Source: Vairimorpha necatrix (Eukaryota). From it: a stretch of 64,000 bases of DNA. Where the stretch lies: the NCBI GenBank assembly GCA_036630325.1, contig CP142726.1:310001-374000 (forward strand), read 5' to 3'. The translations under genes were made by a program, and so were the position numbers. This document shows, piece by piece, positions 12,046 to 25,316 of this stretch (positions are counted from its first letter, which is position 1; the number at the start of each line of letters is the position of its first letter). The notes under the pieces are model-generated. The model did no database searches. It was given only the letters and a program-made list of their open reading frames with translations, and was not told where the DNA came from.

Positions 12046-12749
12046 TTTATTTTGTACAACTTTTCTTAATTTTGTTACAATTTATAATTTTTGCTTAAAA
12101 TAGTGCGGACATAACCTGTTGGTAAATACAATACGGGGGTTATATCCTAAAATTCGAAGTTTGAATTTATATAAATACCATAAAAATTTGAATTTTTAAA
12201 TCCCTTTGTGATTATAAAAGAAAACCAATAAATAGCGAATTACGAAACATCGATTTAAGGAAAAAAAAGAAAACGACCCATCATGAAATATCGAATATAG
12301 CTGTTTTACATTGTAAACCGTTGCAGTCACCATTCAAAAACAATACAATCAACATACTAGGTAAACCAACCAGTTGAATCAAAGCGAAATTCTTACAGTT
12401 ACAGAACATGTTATTTAAAATATAACTAATATGCAGAAGATTTGTCTTTAAATAAATTCTAATAGGTTTAATGGAAGAATAAATGTAGATTTATTGATAT
12501 TATTATCGAAAAAAGTGTATAAAAAAAGGGTTCTTTTATTCCAATTAGACGTAATATGCTAGAACAATTTCAATTGAGAGTTTTCCACACGATATTGGTA
12601 ATTACTCAGCCAACCCTCTAATTTTTTTGTTAAAAACAGAATTCAACAGTCATACCACTTGAAGTTATGTATACTTAGATAGAATACATGAGCACATAAG
12701 GATGTGCTGCGAATCTTGGCCAAAATTCTAGCTGTTTTCATGCAATTAT

Positions 12750-13296
12750 AAAAAACGATTATTGTCACTTACGTTTAAATGAACGTAAACTAAGGGAGTT
12801 CTATAAACTTGATTGAATAAAGTATTATTTTGTTTTTCGAAAAATCCACGCAAAGTCCTTATAATATATAATGAAGGTTATCATTCGCGGATAGTTTTAC
12901 AGAAATTCAACAATTTAGACAAAAAAATAAATTTAACCTCCTTATTTTCGACAAATAAATCCCACAGATAAATTCTTTTCGATGCTCAATAGAAGATAAA
13001 TATCTTTTCATTCTGCAGATTGTCTAGTTGAAACAATTCTTGAGGATGTTTTGAGATTTTTATAGCCGAAAGTGTCCGAAACTACACAGAAATAATGTAG
13101 CTCGTTGAAAAGACAATAGAGAATATTTTTTAATTTTTCTAATAATTTTATTGTTATGGGAATATAGAAATTTTTTTCGTGGCATTATAGCAATATTGCA
13201 TTCATTAATAAAAATGCGTTTTTTTGCAGAAAAATGAGAATTTTGATATAAATATAAATATAAATTTATACAAGCTAGAAAAAAATAAAAAACCAT
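12750..13296 (-). pseudogene. Possible decayed lineage-specific gene with hydrophobic N-terminus
   Basis: ATG-initiated ORF 13060-13296 MVFYFFLACINLYLYL. Copy in D (~55020-55250) lacks the ATG. Confidence 0.25.
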
Positions 13297-13537
13297 AATG
13301 AAGCCTTTCTATTAATCGCCTATATATCTCTTTTTTTGTTCTTTAATTTATACAAGTTCATGTTATGAATTAAATTATTTTTGCCGTTTTTAGTTCTACT
13401 TGCTAATAATAAAACCACACAAATAAATATTTAACTAGAAATCGCATATGAGTATGTTCTTCATTAAAAACTTTTGAAAAGCAAAAATATATTTTTTTAC
13501 CACTTGCTTGTGATTAATCATGTGATACGTGATCTAA

Positions 13538-14324
13538 GGTGCCCTTAGCCCGGTGGTAGAAGGCGATGCCTTTATTGGGCAATGGCTGGGGTTAAATCCA
13601 CGGGCACCAATTTATATCTACTTTCCATGATGTAGTTAGTGCAAATCAGATGATAAAGGTGCCCACGATATCATTAAGTTGATTCAATGAAACTTATGTG
13701 TGCCCAGCCACAAGAGGTTAGCATCTAGTGTAGAAACGCGCATCAAGAGCCAAAAGACAGTATCCCCTTGTAGTGACTTATTGATCCATAAAAGTATCTG
13801 ATGGGTACGGCCTAGTTGAAACACATGGCTGGTGCATTCTAGCATGGTATCCTAGAGCTAACTAAGAGACTAGACGGAGTAGCGCAATAGAAGGTCTCGT
13901 GGATTCTATCCTTCAAGATTCTGTAACACGGTGGCCGAAACTAGTGGAAGACTGGTGGTCAACACGGCCCAATAAAAACGAAGGGCTGGTATGTGGTCAT
14001 GTAAGGAACCGTGTATGCAATACAGATGATTCTTTGGACTTTTGATTCAGTACGACGACGGCTTTCTCAAGATATAGATAACCATGCCCGTTAAGTATAT
14101 CCTCTGTGAGGTCACTCTGGACGCGATTTGAGGTATGAATAGAAAATATTCTCCTGGTGCCAAAGTCCAATGGATACGACGGAGCTGACTGCACCGGCAA
14201 GTTATATGGAGAAAGTTTCTAATGAGTAGAAATCCCACAGTACAAATTGAACGAGGATCAACCCAAATCCTTCTGGTCCTTATGTAAGGTTTCTCTCTGC
14301 CTCTTACTTGCAAGAAAAAAAAAA
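13538..14324 (+). mobile_element. tRNA-headed SINE-like element, copy S1
   Basis: 5' tRNA-like GGTGCCC...GGGCACCA, conserved body, tail CCTCTTACTTGCAAG(A)n. Confidence 0.8.
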
Positions 14325-14719
14325 TTATAAAAATAAAATTAAAAAAAGACCCCTAAAAAATTCGTTAAATTTCCGCCAGCGATAAAAGACGGCGCATCGA
14401 AATTGGTTTCCTTTTATTCGCGTTGCTCATTCGCAGCGCCGAGGGCATTTGGAGGGTTAACGATAGTTAAAATTAATTTAAGGTGCAATCGTTTTTATGT
14501 AACACTGACTGTTATATGGCAGAAAATCGATATAACACGAGATTAAGAATCTTGAGGCATCACAAATGCCTACATTACAACATTCTTGTTTTTTTTTCAA
14601 GGTTTGATTATAGTTATGTGCCCTTTAGTAAAATTAATTGTTTTTGTTAATCATTTTGGGTACCATATTAATTTTAAACTTATAAAATACGTATTTACAA
14701 GTAAAGTGTATTTCAAAAA

Positions 14720-15280
14720 AATTACTTTCTTTTTACAATGGATGTAATTCTTAAGATTGTAAATAATTTTGATCGATTTGTAAGAAAGAGTGATCTGGCA
14801 GAAAAATAAAGTTGAACTTCAAATTCTTCCTTTCAAATACGCCCATTAAAGTTCTGATAACATTATATAAGTAAAAAATTTCAATCTAATCTTTATTTAT
14901 ATTTTTTTTATCGAGTAACTTGAAGAAGTTTTGATAATTAGAAATGTTATAGTTAATAAAAGAATAAATCAAAACGAAACAACTTGCCTCGATACAAAAA
15001 ATATCACAAAAGTAATTTCATCGAAAATTTTTTTTTTAGAATTCATTATGTCACACGACATCCTTCGATCCATTAGAGATAACAGAGGAGTTATAAATCC
15101 TAATTCTCAGTCAGAACTGCCAAATGTCTGAGCTGCCATTTGCTCTCGATGACTCATCGTAAACAAACAATGAACAGAATAAAAAGTTTTTAAAAAAGTT
15201 AAACATTCAAAACATGCTTACATCCATAACTTCATAAATATCCCGCCTTTTCTTGAAAAAGATGAAAGGGCGGGAAAATA
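14720..15280 (-). mobile_element. Possible highly decayed DNA-transposase remnant
   Basis: Fragmentary peptides VYDESSRANGSSDIW and CYQNF resemble transposase motifs. Hairpin TCCCGCCTTTTC...GAAAGGGCGGGA at 15241-15275. Confidence 0.25.
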
Positions 15281-15461
15281 AAATCATAAAAGGAGTTATT
15301 TTTAACCCCAGATTGAGCTATGAGAGAACAAAACAACAATAAAGAATTTTAAAAAAATTCTTATTTAGACACACGAGCAGCCAGGGAGGCAGCCCGTATC
15401 ACGCATTATATTTGCCCACTTGTATAAGTGCAGCAAATATTTGCGATCTACATTGTCGCAG

Positions 15462-15777
15462 TTTTTATTTTTTCTAGCTTCTGGTGTCATGTTTCTTCTT
15501 TTCTTTTGAAACCATTACTTAATTGAATTTATATTCAAATCGAGAAGCACGCTCAAGTCTTCTTCTAAATTCAATGATGGCCATTGACTACTTTCAAAGG
15601 TTGAAAGAGCACATAATCTTTAACTGGCGTATAGCTTCTTGGTTTGTATCTTTTGTTTTCTTTTTTTAGTTTTATCAATCCAAATAGAGCCTCCGCCAAA
15701 GTATTATCGTCTCTGAAGTTATTCTTACCCCGTGGAGAAATTAATAATGAAATACTAGAATATTGATAAAAAATCAT
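15462..15777 (-). pseudogene. Homeodomain protein pseudogene (paralog 1)
   Basis: MIFYQ...AEALFGLIKLKK. After a frameshift: FESSQWPSLNLEEDLSVLLDLNINSIK*WFQKKRRN (helix 3 WFQ.KR). Confidence 0.75.
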
Positions 15778-15958
15778 ATTTAATAAATTTTTTAACTAAT
15801 ATGGACTGTTTTTTCAAAAAAAGCAAAGAAACTTATTAATTGTACTTTAACAATAATAATGTATTATAATGTAGAAATTTACAAATTGGTGTAATATGAT
15901 TTGTATATGCAATAAAATGGTTTTCATGATTATTGTTCATTGATTTATCATTATTCAC

Positions 15959-15984
15959 ATATATATATATATATATATATATAT
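15959..15984. repeat. (AT)n microsatellite at the 5' junction of the non-LTR element
   Basis: About 13 AT repeats. Confidence 0.95.
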
Positions 15985-18900
15985 TGATAAAAATTAGGGT
16001 AAATAGAGAGCAGGAGGAAAAAATAACAAATCAACCCCCGAAGCGAAAAGGAGCAAAATAGGCACTGCTGAGAAAGGAGGGTCCGGAAACACTATGTGTC
16101 CACTCAATCATTCTTCAAGACTCTTGTTGCAGTACTTGTGAGTACCGAGGCGAATGAAGAAGAGTGGCCTCAATGAGTATTTCTCTTAACCATAAATAGA
16201 TTTGGTAGAATGCCAAGAGGAAAGTGAAATAAAGCTACCGAGTTCTTCTGTGAAAAATTTGGGTCCAACATGAGTTCATTAGAATTCAAGGGCAAAGCGA
16301 AGAAAGCGCTCACTAGTAATAGTGGTAGACAAATGACGGCCCGGGAATTCTTAGTGAATCCTACCAAAAGAAGAAAAGCCGAAACTGGCCCGAAAGAAGG
16401 GAATAGTCTCTTCGAAACCGAGCTCTTCCTGAAAGCACAAATTATTCTTGGAGAAGCTTAGTTGTATTCAGAACACATGTGTGGACCAGGTAGAAAGAAC
16501 AAGGAAGATTTCTTCCTTGAAGGTTGATCTGTTGAAACTTAATGCTAAAGTCAAGGCGGTAGATAGTTATGTTAGATACCACCCCCCTCATAACATGACA
16601 GAGAAGGCAAGGATTCTGCAAGCTGCACAGATCTGCTATCAGGAAATGGCCAGTAAGAAGCCCAAACCCACGTCTTGGAAAGAAAGTATCTTGAAAAAGA
16701 TTACTGAGATCGAAGACAAGGCAGGGCTTTTGATAAACTTTGAAATGAGAAAAAGCGTAGAGTCAAAAAAGTAATGCCCGAACTTAACAGGCTTGCATGT
16801 TCACACCGAGATAATTCTGAAGCTATTGCTATGCTTAACGAGAGGAAAGCTATATACTCAAGGAACCTAAGGTCGCAGACCGGCGCAGAGAGTATAGGCG
16901 TGAAAATTAAAACTTTGAGCTATATAGAAGCAATTTCTATAGAAAACTCAAGTGTGCCAATGAGGTTAATCAAAATGTAAGCAAAGAAGATATTAGTTCA
17001 TTCTGGTCTACCATGTGGAATAAGAAAAAGCAATCCGAAGACTGCAATAGTCTCGAGGAGGTTCTCCAGAATACATTCCTAATAGCCAAGATCAGATCAA
17101 TTTCTCAACCTTGCAGGAATTTGTAGATATTATTAAATATTTACCAAATTGAAAGGCTGCAGGCTGCATATTGTGATGGAATCTTCAATTTCTTTATAAG
17201 AAGTGTGAAGCTCTAAACGTATACCTTTACAAGATTGTTAAGGAAGTATGCATGGATGGGAAAGAACCCGAAGCTTGGTTCTAACAGGGGATTACTTATA
17301 TAATACCCAAAGGTATCCCCACTAGTGGTAACGACTTCGGCCTATTGCCTGTATGTCGAACATCTACAAGCTTACAACAAAATGCACTACGAAAGTAATG
17401 CAGCTAATTGTAGAAAGTAGAGGGCTACTAGCAGAGAACCAACTAGGGACAGTTAGACAAGTCCAAGGAGCAAAAGAACAAGCTATGATTAATATAGCAG
17501 TCAATAAGGACCATGGAAACAAGCTGAAGACCATGTGGATAGATGTAAGGAAAGCCTACGACTCCGTAGACCATTCTTATCTTTTAACGTGCATTTCAAG
17601 TTAAATCTCCCTCAATGGATAAGTAAATTCTATGAAGTCACTGATAAAAGGTAGCCCATTGAGATAAAATCAGGATCGGAAACTATACTGAATAAAAAGA
17701 TTAAAAGGGGCATACTACAAGGTGATTTCTTGTCGCCGCTTTTGTTTGTACTATGTATGGACCCGTTGAGCAGGAAACTGAATTCAACTTACCCAAAAGT
17801 AGGAATACAGACTCACGAAAGTGTTTACGTAACAAACCATCTTCTATTGATTGATGATCTCAAGCTTTTCGCAGAGAACGATGTCGTTTTAAAACTGATG
17901 AATGAGGAAACTAAAAAGGTTTTCTCATCTGTAGGTTTAGAAATGAACAGAAGTAAGTCTGCACTAACTGTAGTTATTGTAGTGAAGATGCAGTAGTACT
18001 AGAAGGGCATCAAAGGTACAAATACCTTGGAATAACAGAGGATGCCTCTAGTGATGTCAAAAGAGAGAGTTTTGAAAAAGTGAGAAATGAAATCCTACAT
18101 AGGGTTGAAAAAACTGTGCAAGACTCAATTAAATGATAAGAATACGATTCGAGCTATAAACGAGCATGAAATGTCAGTAATAAACTATCATATAGGATTA
18201 TTAAAATTAGAACCAAAAGATTTCAAAAGTCTCGATTTTGATATCCGACAGGTACTTATCAAGTACCAGGTCCATCTACAGCCAGCCTGCAAGGGAAGAA
18301 TATACCTTCATAGATCCGAAATGGGTAAAAGCCTCATAAGTATCGAAGATAGAAGCGAAAGTATGCTTCTGAATATTTTTAAAACATTAGATGGGTCTAG
18401 AAATAGCTCACTAAGACAGGCAGCGGTACTTTAAAAAGAGGCAGAAAGCAAATCCCACTTGTTTACAATTAACGAGTATCTAAGGATTAGGTATAGATTT
18501 GTAGGAGAGATAACTCAGAAGATGCTAATAGAATCATAAAAAAAGCGCTTTACAACAAAATTAACATATAGACAAAATATGGAAAGTTGTTTAAAGCTAG
18601 GGACAATATTTTAGTAAGCATTAGGGACTCTTCTAACTGGCTGGTTAAAGGAAACAATCAGGCTAGATCCGAAGCAATTTACTGTCTCCTACAGGATAGA
18701 ATTTTTTTTGTGGACAAGAGAGATAATGTCCCCATTGTGGATCTCATAGGAAACCGTGGATCATTTAGCTACCAAGTGTGATCGAATGCTGGGTTTTGAT
18801 TATATGAAAAGACACAACAAGGTAGTTAGATGCATTTATCTCTTACTATGTATTAAATATGGGTTTAAGAAGACAAAGAAAATACGTGGAGACACAGTAC

Positions 18901-19550
18901 AAAAGATAATGGAGAATGATCGTGCAGAAATAAGAGTAGATACGAGAATATTCACTAATATAAAGGTGACCCATAATAAGCCTGATATTCTTGTGTTTTA
19001 CAAGAATAAGAAAGAAATTCGAAAAGTTTAAGCTGACATCAGGATCAGGTAACGACTTACTTACTATAGTCGAGAATAAAAAAAACTATAAAAATTTGTT
19101 CCCTTTACAGATGAAACGGGACTAATACATAACCCCTGCCAAAAAAAAGTTGTGTTTTTAATGACATGGGATGTAGCGGTGACCATATACCACAGAAAGT
19201 ACATCAGAGAGTTGAAATTCCAACCTTACCTTGAAGCATAAATCCATTTTATTGTGCTGAAGAAGATCTAGAGTCCATATCCCAAGATTGGCATTATAAA
19301 ACGTTCAGGAGGATGCAGGAGAGGGAGAAGTCGATCAACATGTCAGCGCTAGAAAATATGGCGACTGTTAAAGAAGTGATGTTGTTGAAAGATTGTGGAG
19401 CTGAAAATTCTAAGTAGAAAAACGAAAATAATGTCACAGAAACTATAGTCTGTTAAGAGATGAATCTAATGAACGGTACCAGGACAAGAAGATGTGTTGT
19501 AAATATTTAAAAATATGAATAATAAACTCATAAAATTAATTCTGTTTTTT
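15985..19550 (+). mobile_element. Near full-length, frameshifted non-LTR retrotransposon: RT plus C-terminal CCHC and restriction-like endonuclease (R2/R4-group architecture)
   Basis: RT motifs GAKEQAMIN, WIDVRKAYDSVDH, GILQGDFLSPLLFVLCMDPLS, HLLLIDDLKLFA, YKYLG. CPHC...DHLATKC zinc knuckle. RLE motifs KRHNKVVR and HNKPDILV. Confidence 0.92.
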
Positions 19551-19757
19551 AATATTCGCTGAGATTATATACAGACAAAAATAAACGTAATGATTTGGAA
19601 AGACTGACGATTGTCAGTTGGCAAATTAGTAAGCTTTTTTTCGTATCGCAAGAATATAGAAGCTTGCAGGATCCGATTCTAGAGGTAGAAGAACGGTCAC
19701 ATGGAAAATATAAAGATATTGGATTTTTTGCATTTTTAAATGAATCATTATGGTTAC

Positions 19758-20115
19758 TGTGATGTTATGCCTAACATCCCAATTGGGCATTACGTGTCTA
19801 CCCGCCAAACATCAATGGCCTATCGTGAGGTCATACAAACAAACAAACAAAACGAAATCATATATTTCGTTGTACAATTGTAAGTACTCTAATGTCTGTT
19901 GAAATGTTTGAAATCGTAGAAACGTCATTTTAAAATATAAAAACAACTTCACGAAGAAGGGTACGCAAGGTTCAGAGAAAAGGAAAGGAACATGAAGGAT
20001 GAGTTTAGAAATGGGAAGAGCCCATACGTCCGTAGCAACAAGAGTAATATTAACCAAAATAAAAGTATATTAAATAATTATTTTAAATTTAGGAAACTGC
20101 CTGTGATACAAGACA
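19758..20115 (+). mobile_element. Solo LTR (358 bp)
   Basis: TGTGATG...AAGACA, 5-bp TSD GTTAC. Shares (CAAA)n core and TTTGTAAGTAC-like segment with 8949-9267. Confidence 0.85.
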
Positions 20116-20164
20116 GTTACATAATTTAAATTAATATCTTTTTAATTTTATTAAACATTTTTCT

Positions 20165-20270
20165 AAAGTATTCTTCTTTGTTTGATGGCGCGTTGATACG
20201 TCATCAACGAAACGTTTGACAGTTGATGGTTCTATCATTTGGCGGCGTGATGTAGGCATTTATCATATCC
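20165..20270 (-). mobile_element. LTR 5' fragment of the same family (older homologue at ~51440-51540)
   Basis: Reverse complement CTACATCACG...AACCATCAACTGTCAAAC matches 8963-9004. Confidence 0.5.
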
Positions 20271-20376
20271 ATAATTACAAAAAGATGACAACACATCGAT
20301 ATAACGTTAAAAGTGCAATATATGTTGTTACATTTATAAATTTAAAAATTAAATTTTTTGTACCCTTTTATTAACT

Positions 20377-21252
20377 TTGACAATAGAGAATACCAAAGAA
20401 AACAAGAAACAGCTTAAAGAGCTGATTTTATGTTATTATCCTAAGTAAGGAATGTAACGTGTCGCAAACAAATCTGCACAATTTCTTGGAAGCGCCCATA
20501 AGTAAATATAATGATATTCCTTATCATAATGCTACCCATGGGTTCAATGCATTATATAATGGGAATATCTTATTGAAACTTATGAATAAACCAAATAATA
20601 TACGCCAGGTCAAGTTTATTTTCTTAGTCTGTTGCTTATTGCACGATATAGGTCATCCGTGTGTTATTTGTTGTGGACACGAAAAAATTATTTAGAGAAT
20701 CATCATGCAGAACTCATAAAAAAGCTGTTATAGAAATTTTCCCAGAGTACGTGACAGAAGTTAATATAAAGTAAATAAAAGAATTGATTTTATCTACGAA
20801 TGCGAATTTGTATAGTGAGCTGTTAAATACATTTAAATACAAATATTTAGATTACAAATCTAAAAATAACATAGAACACAATTCAATCGATTTAACAATG
20901 CTAATTAAAATTGCAGATATTGGAGCATCGTACAAAAAATTCGATGATTTCATGTGTGAAAGTAAAAAGTTTGAGGAAGAAATGTTTGGTAAAATACTAA
21001 AATACCGGTAAAAGACTTGGTAAGGATGAATGCTTTTTGATAAATTATTATTTACCACTAGCAGAAAAGTTTTCTACAGTTTTTCTAAGATTTTTAATTT
21101 TATATGAAAAAGCCATTGAAAATCCTAGAAAAATAAAAAAGAAAAAAAAGTTATTATTTAAATACAAGCTCTTCATTTGTATTAAAAATTATATTGAATC
21201 ATTTTTTCGGGGTTTCCGATATAGGGACAATAAAAGCGCTAATAAACTTTAG
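20377..21252 (+). pseudogene. Class I cyclic nucleotide phosphodiesterase pseudogene, diverged paralog
   Basis: NDIPYHNATHGFNALY, CCLLHDIGHP, LENHH, ILSTN, LIKIADIG. Start ATG lost (TTG), with stops and frameshifts. Confidence 0.85.
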
Positions 21253-21299
21253 GAAAAAAATCATAAAAGAGACTTCTTACAAATAATCACTGATTGTTT

Positions 21300-22390
21300 A
21301 TTCTAATTTATAGAGTGTACGAAATATCACGCAAATAAATAGTTTTCTGAGTGAATTCCATAGCTTCAATTTAGATATTTATAGCACAACTTGTCTTGGT
21401 ACTGCTCATGCGATTCAGTTTTTTATAGATTATGGTTTCTGCAGAATTATTTTCGTTTTTAAACTCAAAGTAACAGCAACATTCTTCTTCAACGACATTA
21501 TGTCTTTAACAGTCGCCTATTTGCTAGTGCGCTTTCAGCTCTAGCCATTTCTTCCTATCCTGTATATTATTAAAGTATCCTTGTTGCGCTCGAAAGAGTT
21601 GGACTTTAAAAATTTCTCTGGCACAACAGAGTATTTTATTTATGTAATTCTTGTCCTCCACTTCCTTACTCCTCTTAAAAATTGGGATAATAAAAATATC
21701 AACAGAGTGGATGTACGCTTTAAGGCAGGGTTGTATTTTAAGCTCCCCGATGTACATTCTGTGATATTCGGTCTCCACTCAATCTCGCGTCATTACTAAG
21801 GATCAATCATGTGAAGGATTTATGTATTCGTCTTACATAATTTTCAAATAGGTCAATTCATTAGTTTTCATTCTCGGCTATGGAATTCGCCCCTGTTGGT
21901 ATTAATTTTTTATATAAGAATATTGTCTTCTTCTTGTCAAATACAAGAATGTCAGGCGTATGATGGACCACCTTTATATTAGTGGATATCTTCGCATCCA
22001 CTCTTTTTTACGCACGATCATTTTACATGATCTCTTGTACTGAGTGTCAACGTATTGTATTATTCTTTTTTAACCCGAAGTAATTTTATTTAAGAGCTCG
22101 ATGCATCTAACCGCCTCGTTTTGGCTTTTCATGTAATCAACCCCAACATTCGATCACACTTGGTAGCTAAATGATCAAGGTCTTTCTATGAGATCTGAAT
22201 GAAGAAATTGTTTCTCTTGTCAAAAAAAATTTCTATTTTTGGGTAATCAGTAAATTGCTTCGAACCCAGCCTGATTGTTTGGGTTGTTCAAAAGGTATGC
22301 GAACCTGTTGCTTACTAATTATTTTGCCTGCTTTAAACAACATTTCATGTTTAGTCATATTGTTGATTTCGTTGTAAATTTCTATTTCAA
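21300..22390 (-). mobile_element. 3' fragment of RLE-type non-LTR retrotransposon
   Basis: Reverse-complement match to 18550-19530 (DHLATKCDRMLG; EYHRMYIGELKIQPCLKAYIH). Confidence 0.85.
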
Positions 22391-22399
22391 AAAATTGAA

Positions 22400-23400
22400 A
22401 TTTATAAACTTATTTAATGATTTATCTTAGAAATATGTTTTTATGGGCATTTTGATTTAGGTTCTGTAATATTATATACCACATTTTTCGGTCCTTCGAG
22501 TAATTATTTTTCCAAATATAATATCTTTTTATCTATTTACTTTTCAAAAGGTAAATTTAATCTTTTCTTGCAGTTCTCAAGGTTCCTCTTATAATTTAAA
22601 TGTTAGACTCTCAAATACCTTTTGCCGATCAGTACCAAGTTCATCTCCAACTGTTATACTTGGCTTTTATAAAGTAAATTAAAGACCTGGTGTTCGTAAA
22701 TATGTTTCCGTAAAATTCTAAGAGCAAAGAAGATATTTTAAATGTGTATCTGTAACTTTTTTTATTCTACAAAGATAAGAAATAGTCGTCTATATCTAGA
22801 CAAATTCTGGATGTCGGAGAAAGTAGATACATAGACTTTATATCAACACACATAAATATTCACTACGCAAGGTATTTATCAAAGAAAAAATAAAACCTAA
22901 AATTGAGCATTATTACAACTTCAAAAAGCCGATGGGCAGTTTAATAGTACCACTGACGATTTCCGAGGAGATATTTTGAATTTTTTTGAGTAAAATCTTT
23001 ATATCACCACTTTACATTAAAATTGTTCTGTACCAAGGAGATACAAAAATCTCGACATATCAATAAGTAAATTATTTACATCATTTAATGCTACGTCTGT
23101 ATATTATCAGTCGTAAATGGTGATAGTCTGTTGAAAGCGTCATTATATTGAAAAACAGTCTTTTTAGGTTTTTATAATGCCATTAGGCATTTGCATTCTC
23201 CAAACCATTCATATAGAGCTTTTGATCGAAACGCTTTTTGTATAAACTTCATAAGAAAAAAAAGTCAATAAAAAACACCCCGGATTCAGACTATACATGA
23301 ATAGAAGGTCTACGTAAAGCTCCAAAAAATAGAAAAAAAATGTAGAAGACTAGGTAACAGGGCATATACACCAAGGACGAGAACAGGAAATACTTTTAAA
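22400..23400 (-). mobile_element. Highly decayed Ty3/gypsy pol (RT/RNase H) remnant
   Basis: Fragments resembling LYEW..MPMG, GTINW..F and FALRILRKHI. Confidence 0.35.
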
Positions 23401-23499
23401 ATAAGATTAAAGCATGTAAACAGTGTATGCTCAGTTTTAATGATCGAAGGAAGAATCTTGTGATTATGTATGGCTTTGTTCAATTTTGTTAATTCCTAA

Positions 23500-23900
23500 A
23501 GTTTCTGCTTTCTATGATGCAGTTGGAACAAGTCAGACGATAAAATAAAATTGTGTGCGTCCAGCCATGGGGAAATTGCATGCAGTGAAAGCCACACTTT
23601 TGGACCGCAAAAATTTCCTCTCGTGTTGACTTACGATACATACAGAATATGATGGTATGCTCTAGATGAATCTGTGACTAATGCAAATCCTTGCTATTTT
23701 AAAAAAAACAGACCTAGTAGAAACTTAGAATATCTTGCAAAAGTTTCCTATGTTTATTCTAGAATACTTTCTTCAAAACTAAAGCAAACCTGTGGTCAAC
23801 ACTTTTAAGAAATGTCTGGCTGAATGTCGCGTGTAATAAGCTGTGTATAGGTTTAAGACGATTATAAAGACACTTGGGGCTGAAACTATATGTATATTCT
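23500..23900 (+). mobile_element. Old, headless SINE-like copy S7
   Basis: GTTTCTGCTTTCTATGATGCAGTTGGAACAAGTCAGA...TGTGTGCGTCCAGCCA matches the SINE body. Confidence 0.55.
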
Positions 23901-24060
23901 AGCGTAACTAATAATCTCCGTTATTATAGTCGCTGTTAAATCATCCTTGACCAGATTATGAATAAATAAGAAAATGCATTTTGGAACAAAGTCAAACGGA
24001 TATGACATATACTGGTCATTCAAATTTTAAGTAGAAACACTTATGTAAAATAGAACTATG

Positions 24061-25252
24061 GGCGCTACTAAATTATCTCGGCCACTTTTCAAAAGAGGGG
24101 TAAAAAAATAAAAATTGGTAGATAGAAAATTTTTAAAAAAATAGAAAAAAACAGACTTAAAATTTAAAATTTTTATTAAAATTTTAATTGGAAGATGTAG
24201 AAAAAAGTAATATTTTCTTAAAGAAGGCCAAAAAGGGATTTAGAGTCATAATTATTTATATTTCTTTTTTTCCATACGAATTCATTAAAAATATTTGGAT
24301 TCTCTTTTTATATACACCACCTCGTGCACGATATTGCTGCTTCAAATACACAGAATTTCAATTCGATTGGTGTTTGTTCCTCCCTATGTACTAAACCCTT
24401 CACTGTGATTTACAACGTAATGAATTGACCCAAATTGACGCACTGCCCATGGATACGAAGGATATCCATCTGTTACTATTATAGAACCCGGCCTAACATA
24501 TTGTATAAAAAAACTCAAATATTGTTTCTTTTTTTCTGTTTGGAATTATTTTTAAAACAAAATTTCTGAAATTATCCTTCGCTACGCCGCCTAAAATTCA
24601 TTGTATCGTAGGAATATCATCATCTACACTTGATGGGTTCTCGATTATTAACCCATTCCAGATAGCAGTTTCGTCGAATTGTACTTCGACGCTTTCACCG
24701 CCAATCTGTTTCTCCTCTTGTTCTCTTTCCTCAACCAGTTCATCAATTATGTTTTTTATTTTATGTAGGTTGGCTCAAATATTTGTCATAAATTTACTGC
24801 GTGGTAGCTGCTGCGTTAAAAATCCAGCAATGTATTCCTTTTAAAACTTTGTTTGCATCAATTCTTATTTTTTCTAACTTTGAACCCTTCCTTGTGGACA
24901 TCCTTCTCCTACATGATGTAATGACACATCGGAAAACTTTCCCGTCTAGTGCTTTTCTCTCGGTTTGCAAGCGATTAGCACTACCACTTTTATCACAAAG
25001 AAGAGAACTCCGAAAAACATTATGTCTTGTGAAAAATATCAATGCTCTTTCGTTGTTTTGGAATATTTCGTGGGAGAAGTCTAAGCTTGTTTGCTCGTCA
25101 ATAAGTCTTTCCATGTTTGGGGCGGATTTTAACCCTTTTTCACCTTTACTCAATTATCTCGGCCAAGAAAAAGTTACCCTTTAAATTTGAACGAATTATT
25201 TTTTTTTTTTACCCCTATTTTCACCCCTTGGCCGAGATAATTTAGTAGCGCC
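24061..25252 (-). mobile_element. Merlin (ISXO2/IS1595-like DDE) transposon, complete ends, frameshifted transposase
   Basis: 24-bp TIRs GGCGCTACTAAATTATCTCGGCCA, 8-bp TSD GAACTATG. Peptides GGESVEVQFDETA, VRPGSIIVTDGYPSY, VVNHSEGF. Confidence 0.93.
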
Positions 25253-25316
25253 GAACTATGCACATGTTGAAAGTAAGATCCATCAGATGATTTTGTATGG
25301 TTTAACTACCTCTAAC

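Larger units (their letters stand above)
4497..14324 (+). repeat. Segmental duplication unit A (~9.8 kb)
   Basis: Colinear high similarity with 26106-35956, 56293-64000 and (right half) 51915-56292. Shared start TTAATGTGCAGAT. Confidence 0.95.

Noticed and set aside
13997..14313. Recurrent antisense ORFs in SINE copies (MQVRGREKPY..., MAGHTQV...)
   Set aside because: Frames are broken differently in each copy; recurrence reflects DNA repeat similarity.
14340..14460. piggyBac-like end (GGAGGG-TTAA) with GC-rich subterminal sequence
   Set aside because: No matching second end or transposase found in the window.
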